64,000 nucleotides of DNA from assembly GCF_964204645.1 (NCBI RefSeq), contig NC_134028.1, positions 25,478,345 through 25,542,344 of the forward strand, given 5' to 3'. Position 1 is the stretch's first letter; the number at the start of each line of letters is the position of its first letter. The DNA comes from Tubulanus polymorphus (lineage: Eukaryota > Animalia > Nemertea). The notes beneath the pieces are model-generated. The model searched no databases, was not told where the DNA came from, and saw only the letters and a list, made by a program, of their open reading frames with translations. A program made the position numbers and the translations under genes. Shown one piece after another: positions 24,108 through 36,504 of this stretch.

Positions 24108-26143
24108 AGATCTTATCAACTATACTTGCGTTTCTTTTTGTGGAATTTTTCTAAACCTCGCTACACAAACTTAATTATGTTCTACACGACTGCCCTAACG
24201 AGACTCAGCTTAACTCCCCCCCCCCCCCCCAAGTATCAGGTGCCGACGTCAGCTCGTTGGCAAAGTTGCATCAGGCGACCCCTTTGTTTTATATCAACTA
24301 GTATTTCTGTCTCCAGCGGCCTGGACGTAAGCCAACATCATTCATAATACACGAGATACAGCGCTCAGAACTCAGAACTCGGCAACCGGGTTTTGTGATA
24401 TTTCAGAATAAAATATAATTGATTTTGAGAAGGAAATGCATGACGTTGTAGCAGACACGTGCTATCGTCTGCAACACGCATGGTAACGCACACTGCGCAC
24501 ACCGCATGGCGCGTCATCACATCATCCAGCTCTTCCTCTCTTATCATCATTGATTTGATCGCATTAGATAATTAGATCCTATGACCCAAATATGCATGAG
24601 ACAATCGTTGCTTATGGCCATCTTCCCGGTGTCCGTGGCTGGAGTGCATTGTGCGTGAATCAGTGAGACTGTGATTAAATAAGAAATTTAGATTTATTGT
24701 GAATGTCTCCCAGACCAGGTTCTATATGCCCGTGAGGTTTGAGTTACAGTTGAATCAAATCCTGAAGGAAAAACTTGGAGCTAAATTAAACGCTTGGTTC
24801 TAAATCCACCGGCGGTCCACCTTCCGAAATTGAATGGAACATCATTAATCCATTCTGGCGGAATCGTTGTGTACAATTATCTAATCGTTTGTGCCATTCA
24901 GCAAATGTCTAATCAAATCGATCACCATCAGGGGTTGAAGAGGGGAAGGTTCATGGTATTAAAACTAGTTTTAAACAGGTTGATAAAGCACGTGGAAATT
25001 TGGACAGTATAGTAAATAGATACGATTGTAACCTTTTGTAGCGTAGGTGATGACAGGCGCGTTTAATTTTTTTTTTCAAATTTATCTCAATGGTCCTGAC
25101 AGAGCGGCACCATCTGGTAAAGGATGGGGAGGGGCATGATCCAAAGTTTTGCCAAACTATCTTTGGCCGTATATATTCCTCTTGTGCCAAGTGGGTGTTG
25201 TCATTCTTAATATGCATGAAGTGTTCCGTAAGCATACGTAATAGTCGCGGAACAACCTTTACATCAGGAGGACATCAAGCAGAGGCGTCAGTTATCTGTA
25301 AGTATCATTATAGGGCGTTCAGTCTAGCGTTGGAGTCACTTCCCAAGAGAAGTTAGCAAAGGCCGGAAAATCATTTTCAACCATATGATGTAACTACAAT
25401 CGACCGTCAGAATTTTCGAAGACTAAAACTCGAGATTTTTGCATGAGAAATGAGTTTTGTATTTTCACGATGAGAACATGATTTTTTCAACTTTTTTCGA
25501 TCAATATTTTCATTTCAAAAATTACACATAATCTTAACGAAGATGACAATCATTTTAAATACGAGGGTTACATATTATGGCAGATGATAAAGCATGCAAA
25601 AATGTTTTCACCCGGAAGCCATCTAGCGGAAATATACATCATTTTATACATGTACAACGATGTCGCCATATTAAAATTCACATTAAATAATCCAAGACAT
25701 GAAGACAGTGCATAGAAAGTGTTCATTAACAATCAACACAGACTTTCAGCAGATTTAAAAAATCGAATCAACGCATAGATGAAACTCGATCTTCAACAGC
25801 CTTTTGATACTTCATTATCAATTCACATTCAATAATAACGTGTACACGCATTAAAGCATCTTTAGTAAGCGCTTTGAATGTTCAACAACAAGGCTTAATT
25901 CACGTCTCATACATAGCGAGCACTAATAACAAATAAAACATTTTCATACAACCAATTCAATATCATTAATGAAACAAACGCATGATTAAACATTTCTATT
26001 CGATTAATATTCAACATAAAATATTTAGACATAGAATAAACATATACGGCTCTTTTAAAATTGAAATTTTCACTCAAAATGCCCATTGTTTCTCACAACG
26101 GATCAGATCTAGGAAATAAGTCTCTTCCCTTAAATTTACAACG

Positions 26144-29100
26144 TCAGTCGACGCATTTATCCACCTGATCTGTTCCGGATTGTGAAACTTTTCTAAGTAA
26201 CGTTATATCCGACATAGATAACGGACTCTCATCGCCCGATTCTGGAACCGAGCTACGGTGACCGGATGATGTTGTACTAGTAGTTGTTGTAGATGGCGCT
26301 TGCGTTGCTGGCTCCGCTTGTTCAGACGGTCCGAATCCCGGTTCCAACGATTCTTCAGGACTCCTCATCGACGGATACCCGAGTTCTGACGGTAGAGATA
26401 AACTACGATCTTGTTTGGTTCTGACCGACGGTTCTTCATCGCTGCACTCAATTCCTCGCTGTTCGACCACAGTTTGATGAGGATGTTGATAGGCGGCACC
26501 CGTTCGCGTTTGGTAACCGGTGTTTGGCGGTTGGGGTTGGTACCCAGTCGGCGGCTGGTGGTAGTTACCTGTGGGTTGTGAATGGTATGAGCCTGGTTGT
26601 TCAGGGTTAATGGAATGGAATGTTTGAGCCCGGGCGACTTGAGGATGGAACTGATGATGTTGTTGTTGAGCCGGTTCACTGACGCGTCGTACACTGGTGT
26701 TCATATCGTATTGTTTATAAGCCGTCTGCTGGTCTACGCTGTAACCATGATGACTAGCGTATTGATTACTAGCGACTTGTTGTGGCCCGTAACCGCCCGG
26801 GGCAGGCGGTCCGGTATATCTTTGGACACTAGCTGGTTGACTAGCTAGATGACCTTGTGTTGGTAAAGGTGTTGGTTGAGCGCAGTAGTTAGTTAAAGAC
26901 GGCCGCTCTTCACATCTCTCTAAACCTTGTAAACTCGATGTGCTCCCCGTTCTGACTGATAGATTCAACGACGCAATATTTGGAATATCTTTATGAGCCG
27001 ATGTTAGACATTCTTTCTTCGGAGGCAAACTCTCTTCTGCTGTTCCGGCTGAATACGGAGGGGGAGGTGGTTGAACCGGCTGAGGGCCGTAATTTACCGG
27101 GTAGAACTGGTATTGGCCACCGGGGGGAATCTGTGGCTGGTAGCTATACGGAAAGTTTTCATAAGGCATTCTCGCCGGAGGTGGACCAGGCGGGAACGTG
27201 CCTCTATCTGCGGGATTAACGTACGGAGGGTATCCGTATTGAAGAGGATACATCCCCGCACCGGGGTACTGCGACGTCCCGTACTCATGCACCATAGCAT
27301 TTTGATGATATTGCTGCTCATTTTGGAAACGCTGTATTTCAGATCTATTTTTCGCGGCGAGCACCGTCGCCACGCCATCCAGTAACTGTTTCGCCGCGGC
27401 CTTACATTTGACGAGCGCGTCGTACGCCTGACCGACGGTAAAATCGGCGTCTTGATCTAACGCCCATTCGATCACGGAATCAGTCGGACTTGAGTCCTGT
27501 TTCTTGACGAGGAAATCGCGAATATAGCTGATATAATCGGCCGGTATTCCTAACCCTTCGGCCCAATCTTCCCAGTTAGCAGCCGTGCCGGCACCGGTAG
27601 TACGATCCAATCTCATCTTTAACGAACGACGAGTATCTTTGTTGATCTCGCATAATTTCGCCGACCGGATTACAGCTACAGGAACACCCTTTATATCCTG
27701 AAACGAGACAGAAATATAGAAAATTTACTTGAAAGTTTATCAACGCCTTCAAAAATATCACAAATATTGCGTAATATCGTCGACAATACATAATACAATA
27801 TCAATCATGTGATAATATAAAGGATCAATGAAGTTATTTTGGATTTGAATATATCGATAATTGAAGAATTGAATTAGCCGGCAACCAGTCTAACACTGAT
27901 ATATCGATGATGTAGTATGTATGGTCTCAAAAAATCAATTGTTAAAATCTATCTAAAAAGAAATAAGAGTTATGAAGAAGTACACTTAATCACAAAATAA
28001 ACGCCTAAATTCACAATTGTTATTTTTAAACGCTTATATTGATGACATAGTGCACATTGACTCACACACAACATTACTCTTCATTTAGCTGTAGCATTTG
28101 CTTCAAAGTTTATCAGTCAATGCAGCAATTACTATCTGGACTATGAACTATGAACATTTCCTTTTATTTATAACAAAAAAAAAAAACAAGAGTCAATGGG
28201 ATATTATCTACCACTAGGTGATACCAGACAGGACGACTGATTATTGTGGACTAAATATCAGTTCTAAAAAAGGCTTTCATTCTAATATTCAGATAATGCT
28301 AGACCTAGAAGCTGCGTTCTTCAACACTTTCAAGAATAACTACTTTCTAGAAATTTGCTATTGATAATAAGATAGATTAAGCAGCAGGCATGAAAAAACC
28401 CTTAAACAGTAGACAGAAACAGGTGGGGGAATAATGGAAGAACTTCTGTTGTTGTTTCTAATGGAATTTAATAAAAATGTCCTTCTACGACTTGAAGTTA
28501 TTTTCAGAGCTCTTAGCGGAAGGCATTTATATGTATTACGTGCATTATATTCATTTAATTAACTGTTCGTGTTTACAATAGAAACATTTTATTTCTAATT
28601 CCAAGTATCGACTGGTATTAAGTGTATTAATCGCAAGAGAACGCGCCCCTGGGAGATCTGCATATCGAGAGCGAATCGCTTTTATTTTTTCGAGCTGCCG
28701 TCGATATCACATGAACGTTGAATCACATCATTTTCTACGACGAATCAATTCTGATTTCGATGAAAGTAAATAGAGATAGTTATAGGTCATTACAGTAGAG
28801 CAGCATACGCGGTCTGCGGTTACCCTGTCGCTTAATTAATTCCTCGTCGAAAGTTCCAGAGTAAAAATCTCTTCATAAAAACCCAACAACGCAAAGTGCC
28901 AGTAGTGTGGGTTTAACCTGATTGTGAGGGGTCAATATTAGTTCATTTTCTTGTTACAAAATATATGCAGCCTAAAGTGGATTTTCAAAAAGGCACTTGG
29001 TCAGAAAAGGGGGAAGGCTCTGGAGTCACCACTGGAATGCCAAAGCCTCTCTAATAACCAATTCCTGTAGGCTGTTAAGGTTTTAAAGTAATCTATAACT

Positions 29101-32100
29101 TATCACTGTTGACTCAATATATAATATATCAAATTTATAAATGCAGATAATCAGACATGACACTGATCTTTATAGTTCAAATAGTAGAACAGGAAAACGC
29201 TAAATGAACCGTCTGATATATAGATAAACGAAATATTCTAGATAGATATGATTATACTATGGTTCACGATGGCTGCAATAACATTCCGAGTCCTTGAACT
29301 CGTGCCGTAATTCAAAACATATTGCAATGGGAGATTGGCAAAAAATAAACATATTAAACAAATAACTACATCAGACAACTACATCAGACACGTCAATGTG
29401 TAACAGATGCGTCATTCATAATAATAACTCTCTCCAACGACTCTGTGGGTTTACAGTGGGTTTATATAGTCCACCATGACACTCAGCACTTACGAGTTTT
29501 ACATACCTTAATCATAGGTTTCATTGTGTCCGATGAGTGCGCGTTTTCTCCTGAAAATATGAATAATTTCCAAGCGTCAATGAATAATATTTAACCACGG
29601 AACTTCGACACTACTACGCACAGATATCACCACGAATGAAGGATTGTTTGCATAGCTATAGTATCAATAATATGAACTATTCACCACACCGCGCACTACA
29701 AGTCAACACTGCTCTACTGCTGGTGGTTTTTCCAAGAATGCCAGATCGGACCCTGCGGTTAGTCACAGCATGTTGTTTGGGAATTTCCCATGTGAGAATT
29801 ACGAAGGATTGTCAATACACCTTGGATTGTCAATGGGTTTTTCCCGTGATTTATAAAAAGGCTATTCAATAATGGTTGGATAGTGTAACATGTTGAAACG
29901 GTGGTGAAACGCTCATATTGTTGTTCCCTCCCATTTATTCCAATAGAAGCTGAATTATTTCCAACCTTGATCTAGATCTTAACAATATTTAGTAGGTCGA
30001 ACGAGAATATTTAAACGAAAACTCAATGCCAATCATAGACAGCCTGTTTCTAATTCTGATCACTTACCACTTAATTCATCTATCAAATCATCATCACCAT
30101 CATCCTCATTATTATTGCCATTTTCATCCTGTAAAATAAAACACAATGAAGCTTTAATCTCATGAACTTTTTGAATGTTACAACATGAAATCAAGCGGCT
30201 ACTAGCTCAAAGTTCTAGAAGTTTCATTCCGTTACAATCTTCCTTTGAACTTATACTACGCGTACCTATTGATTTTTGTTTTAACTGAAGGATGTCCTGT
30301 CGTGTACCAAAATATCTAGTTATAACCGAATGATGTCCCAAAATATCTAGTCTGGATTTGCGCAGAACTTTCCTACTTCACGAACAAGTCGAAACACTCA
30401 TATATATAGCTCAAAATACTTCTCTTTGTCAACATAAAACCAGTAAAAACACGACACCGGTTTATATCCGTTCAGTATAGGAATATATGTCAGCAAATCT
30501 ATTGTACGACGTACAACATTATCAGACATTCATAAAGCATCCTGTATCACAAACACTAACAGGGTCACAGCGACTCCAATAAACCTACGTAAAACAACCC
30601 TCATTAAAATTATTTATTAACACGCTCGCTCGCGTAAATGTACTATTTATGATAATGACTTCTCATTTCTTGCACATCATGTGATATTTTCAATCAATTC
30701 CTCGTTTGCGTAAATGAACAAAAATCGAGTGTATTAAACAGAATTACGAAGAAAATCGATGATTAGTTACGCAGAAGTTAACAACGAACAACGAAGATTT
30801 TTTCTTATTTCCGTGAACTGTGATGCGAAACGTATACAAGAAATACTTCCATCTGAGCAAAAATGATAAAGATAACATCGCTTTTAAAATACTAAAATAT
30901 CACGGTGCAGAGTGATATCTATATGGTAGGTATTCACCTATCAACCCTTCCAATACTACAATACATTCTATAAGACCTACGAGCAATTGTTTAGATAATT
31001 GCTCGTAGATAAGACAGACTGCTAGTAGAGCTAGGGCCCTATGCCGAAGAAAAGTAGTCTCTAACCAGGGGCAGATCCAGGGGGATTCCTGGATGTCTCG
31101 AATCCCTCTGAAAAAATTGTTTTCCTTTTAACTCGACTATTCCAAATCATTCTTAAATTTCATCGGTTAAAAGCAGGAAAATGCATCCGGAGGCTTCTAT
31201 TTTCTAGGCCCCCGTCCGGTCCAAAAACAATTTAGCAGCTACACAGCTGATTAACATTAACCTTGCAATCCACCCCCTCATGTTTAGTCCAGGATCCGCC
31301 TCTGCAACAAAACAACATCTATCCTAGTTAAAGAGGATTGGGCAAATTCCCCACCGCCAACTTACTGAAATAAATGGAAAGACTTCTAAATGATGAATAT
31401 CCTAACAACGAGGTCTGAAGTACAGCAGTAATGATTATAGGCTGTATGTATTAACGACCTTTGAGTTTAATTGACGTCATACATTGATAGACCACGTTAG
31501 ATTGACTTAGATATGATAGAATTCACAGCAACAATAATCAGAGAAAAACCTGCGGAAACCATTAATTGTATTCTAACACAGAACTTTTTGATTAATTACA
31601 CATGAATTTAGTAGAAGCATTTTGTAATGTATGAATTTGATATTTGATCTCCAGTAGACCATTGAGACCAACCACGTGGGATCTCGGGAACTTGGATGCC
31701 CCGTCGAGACTGGGTCCTTCACCTACTGAAGATGTCCGGTGGAGGCCACAAGTATAGCTATACACCTGTTTGTTGTATAGGTTTCCGGGATATTAGGGGC
31801 CATGTAGTTATTTTCAAGTATAAAAGCACCAGTTCGAGCAGATAATAATATAATATCATACAATTAAAAGGAATCAGAAAGAAAACTCATTGGAAAACAT
31901 TAACTCATTTTTGGAAATACGGAGCACAAGTTTATGAGCTTAGGTATCAGTTAAACATTTTTCACTTTCCTGGCAACTTGACATTTTTAGCCCCCTACAC
32001 CCTCCTCTTGGAACCACGCCAGCAATCGGCCAATTGAAGACGGTAAATTCTTACCAGATTTTCTTCTGTGTCGTTTCCGATGTTCAAATCACATCCATTT

Positions 32101-34035
32101 TCGATTACGGCGTCTAAACCTTTCACTTGACACTTCTCTCCGAGCGCCAACTTCACGCGACTTTCCTTACATGCCAGAGCTGCTTCGTACGAGTAACAGA
32201 TCGGATTATCCAACAAATCGAGGAATTTTAAACTCGCGAAATCGTCCTCATTAAATACGACTCGATCGATGAAATTCTCGGTGATGTAGAGATGAGTGAG
32301 GTTCGGGAGCGCGCGAACTTGACTCGGAATTTCTTTGAAGTTATTCCGACAGAGTCCGAGTTCTTGTAAATTCTCGAACTGACCGATGTTCGGCATGTGA
32401 GAAAAGTTATTCGTACACAACGACAGCAGCGTCGCGTCGCGTAAACCTTTCAAAACTTTCAGATAGAAATTCATCGTGTTTCGATCCTCGGGTTTCAGAT
32501 CGCCGAGCATCGCCGAATTGCACCACAGCTTCAAAACCTTTTTATCCGGCCATTGTTTTTTCTTTTCCAAATTATGCCCGTCTTTCATGAACTGCAGCGC
32601 CGCGCCGCGACTGTAACTCCACACGATCTCGTGGTTTTCGTTCGGTTGCAGATTGCAGAATTCGCGTACGCGCTCCTGCAGGAACTCTTCGAGGACATTC
32701 TCTTTGAATTCCATCGCCTCGCCGTAGTAGTCCATACGCAGCGTTTTCAGATTCTTCAACGAGCAAATAAACTGCGGGAACTCGTTCTCCGGTAAATCAT
32801 TTCCGGTGATATCGAGAAACTGTAAACTCTGTAATCGGCGAATGTGCAGCGGGATGTGATCGATTTTCGCGAAACTGATTTCGAGATGTTTCAGTTTTTT
32901 AAAACCGTGGAGATTATCGATGACATCCTCGGCGTCGATCTTATTTCCTTTCAACAATAACTTCTCGATATTGCGCAATCCGTGATTCCTATTCATCGGT
33001 AAACTGACTAAATTATTCGTCGATAGATCGAGAACTTTTAACGTTTCCGGCACGACCAGAGTCTTAATGTCATCATCGGAGAGATTGTTACTTTCGAGAA
33101 TTAGTTCTCGCAGTTGTTTGAAAGTTTTGAATTCGTGAAGACAGGAGTTCAATTTGTTGTTTTGACAGTTCAATGTTTTAACGATATTGCGGTCGATCGG
33201 GCGTCCGTTAGCGTCTTTCTTCACTAAACTACGCGCGTTTAATTTCCCGATATAAACGTCCTGAACTGATGTATTCATATCGGCCTTGTACCGTTTAACC
33301 ATCAACTTTCTGAAACAAAAATCATACACATTCATTCATGTCCCATTGAAATATGAATATAAATATTTAAGTCTGCTTATTTTCATCCGATCATTTTCAA
33401 TATGAGAAAAAGAAGACTTTTAGCAATCCTTCAATACAGTGTAAAATGGACATAAAAACAATGGTTTATTCTGCACTGCAGTTTCACTGGTCATATTGAG
33501 ACCAAATTGAGATGTGTTCAAAAGCTTGATCAAAAATATTGATCCCAGATAAAAATAGATAGACTTTAGCTATATTTTTTAGGGAAAACCTTATTTAGCC
33601 TATACTCAGTGACGGTGAAGAATGAGATTTTCCATTTCAAAATTTATTCATAGGTTTTTGATTTGGTTTAAAAGAATCAGAACAAAATCTGATGGATTTT
33701 GTTAACGTTAGTTGCCAAATCGTTGGTTGTAAGCATTTGTAATCAGCTGGGCTTAGGAGTGAATATACACCTACGACACGTACGATCGATTGATTGTGAT
33801 TGGATTAAAAACAGACCACACCTTTATGCCGGCATAAATTCTTAAATAAGATAAAATGACAGCTCAATACGAATAACTCACAATATACGATTATATCTTA
33901 CCGTAATAATGAAGTTGGTTTCTTTGTCTTGCGCTCATTTATTGAAGAATTATTGCGTTTTGAACGGCGATTTTTTACTTTCCATTCTCGTTCGGATTTG
34001 CCTTCATCGCGATGTAACGACAATTTCTGAGCCAT
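26144..34035 (-). CDS. LRR + death-domain protein with P/Q/Y-rich tail, ~1015 aa. Exons 33902-34035, 32055-33309, 30068-30128, 29507-29550, 26144-27697
   Basis: LxxLxLxxNxL repeats in exon 2. Exon 5 has the death-domain pattern RRSLKMRLD..NWEDWAEGLG..I..I..SPTDSVIEW..TVGQAYDAL. All four introns are GT-AG with matching phases (2,0,1,0), giving 3048 nt with no internal stop. The single-gene model is an inference; each domain-coding exon is individually well supported. Confidence 0.72.
29724..29845. promoter_or_regulatory. Intronic cluster of NF-kappaB-like sites in the LRR-DD gene
   Basis: GGGAATTTCCC (29779-29789), GGGTTTTTCCC (29835-29845) and TGGTTTTTCC (29724-29733). Confidence 0.55.
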
Positions 34036-34208
34036 CGTTTTGGCAGAATTTCCTTTAGACCCTTCCTTATTGAATTATCCGAAATTATATTCATTCTGAA
34101 AAATCTCTACGCTTTTACTTCACGCTTCATATCTTCTGAGTCAACAAACGACGATTATTCTAGCTTATCTAGTTTACGTCCAATAAGAGTAAAGACTAAA
34201 AAAGGTTT

Positions 34209-34270
34209 TTGACGCAATAGCATTCCTCCCCGGAATTCCTTTCCGGATTTCCCAATAATCCAATGAGTCA
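34209..34270. promoter_or_regulatory. Proximal promoter motifs of the LRR-DD gene: kappaB-like, AP-1 and C/EBP-ATF-like sites
   Basis: CGGAATTCC (~34231), GGATTTCCC (~34245-34253), TGAGTCA (34264-34270) and TTGACGCAAT (34209-34218), all ~175-235 bp upstream of the ATG. Confidence 0.5.
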
Positions 34271-35108
34271 TGTTAGACTGGTTGCTTATCCCATTCAGAC
34301 CGGTAACCAGTCTATAGTAAATATTCTGTGGCATGCGAGTAATGAATTAGTTCGCACATTCACCGCCAACAGTTACTAAGGCAGCACATGACGGTCATGA
34401 TCCGATAGATCCATGTCGAATGATTGCAGCACCAGTCTCTAAGCGCGTATTCCCACTGACCGGCATCGCGATGACGTACTTTCGAATGGAGGCTACCAGG
34501 CCATGGCGAGCGAGGACGCATTTATATTTCGTCAGTTTGATTCCACATCAGCACCTCTCTTGATATATTCCATTAAATCCTCACAAAAAAAAAACAACAG
34601 AAGAAATTGAACACACAACACGAAACATATATAATAAATCTTTAATATATTTTTGCATTCACAAGTTCCACGAGACATGAATAACGGTTAGAACAGAATG
34701 AAAGAGAGCGCTCTATACAATACATCATTGAGGTGCTGCTGATAGAGAAAAGAAAATTCAAAAAGAGGAAGACACTTTATCAGGAGAAAAGAGAATCTAC
34801 TAACTTTTCAGAAACAAATAAAACATACCCCTTTAAACTAATGTTAACAATTTCTATGATACACATTTAATGTTTAATCTTAAGCTTACAATCGAATAGT
34901 TCGTTTGATATCGGGCAAGATAGAATGCGATTTTCAATTACCTGATTTAAAGAGCCAATTAATAGAACATCGTCCAGTGAGATTGTTCCAAGTTATAAAC
35001 GAATTCAACACATTTATGATGGTATATATCATAGTCACAAAGAAAGATTTCCTACACCCCGTAAAACATTCACACACATACTCAAAGCTTACAAAGTCTT
35101 CCCAGGCA

Positions 35109-35244
35109 ACACGCAGCCTGTCAGCCGTGCTGTTGGTGACAGGCGACACGCAGCCTGTCAACCGTGCTGGTGGTGACAAGCGACACGCAGCCTGTCAGCC
35201 GTGCTGTTGGTGACAGGCGACACGCAGCCTGTCAGCGGTGCTGT
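35109..35244. repeat. 37-bp minisatellite, ~3.6 copies, each with an internal hairpin
   Basis: Unit acacgcagcctgtcagccgtgctgttggtgacaggcg, with internal inverted repeat gcctgtca/tgacaggc. Confidence 0.9.
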
Positions 35245-36504
35245 ATATTTAACAAATATATGCTATGTACACATTTTCCTGTACAAAATTAGTACATACA
35301 GACAGAAAACACAAAACATCAGTGTGAAAAATGACACTATTTCAGCAGCCAGTCTACACTTGACAACGCATAATGTCTACACTACTGGATTTGGTTTCAA
35401 AGCTTCCAACCGTTTCTACAAATAGCTGAAGAAACCAACATTTATTCTCCAAATGTTTTAATTACTATTTTACCAGTGCAAGTTTATTTCATACTGATGT
35501 AAAGGGCAGTGATCACAATTTGTAGGAATGTGCTACGTAAGAAATTCTCATTATTAATATCATTATCAAACCAGGTTGTTCTAAATTCTGCAGTGTAGAT
35601 GTCAGTATTGTCTAGTGTTAAACATGGCTATTTCGATCCTCCAGCTTCCGATACTCAAACCTCTGATGACAGTTTTGAACTTCCAAATATTACATATAAA
35701 TTGCACAGTAATTCATGAAATTTCTCGGTAATTCAATAGTTAAACGCCATGTTGAATTTCATCAAAAATACAATAACTATCAAATAATAATAATTATAAT
35801 CTTTTATGGACCAATCTTTTTCTTTTTGAAGTTAGAATGCGTTTTAAGAGAAAATGTAAAACTTTTCACCCATGAAAAAAGAAAATCAATTTTGACCATA
35901 ACAAAAGCGTAGCCACAGTTCAGGTAACGACAATCAGCATCGACAAAACTATCCGAAACTGCGGATCTATTCTCTCATCATTTAATTCTACATGTGGTTT
36001 TGATCTCTCGTTACAGATCAATATCATTTTTGAAACGTTTTTTGTTATAAGTCAGTAACGTACAACGTTTGTCTACAAGTCGCATGCAACGAAAACAAAA
36101 AAAAAAATATTCTACTAATGGTCAAAATGTATTTTATATACATGACGAACGAATGTAATGATAAGAATGATCTAGATTCGGAAATATAAATTATAAAGTT
36201 CAGTAGTAGTCGAACTTTTCAGACACTGCTTATAAACTATAACTAGTCATGCTAAAAATACAGCAGCAGTTGCTATGATTCTTGTCTGACGAATTGACGA
36301 GATTCATTTCGTTAAATCTTGTCATCTTTTGCCCGTGTAGTTGTTTAAGTACGTGGTACCTCATCCTGTAATCATTCCTGCGCTGGTAGCTACTTTGTTT
36401 CGCTTATCGCTATTTGAAGCATGACTAGGCTTTTTTCTCGGTCATTTGTTTTAAAACCTGCATTTATCAATTTTCATATATATATATATATTCGCTACAA
36501 AAGT

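Noticed and set aside
26200-27100. RHIM/cRHIM (VNYG) or pLxIS (PLSMS) motifs in the DD protein tail
   Set aside because: Only partial matches to short consensus motifs in low-complexity sequence; not supportable without ortholog alignment.
35109-35244. CRISPR-like palindromic 37-bp repeats
   Set aside because: The units are contiguous with no unique spacers, the context is eukaryotic, and there are no cas genes.
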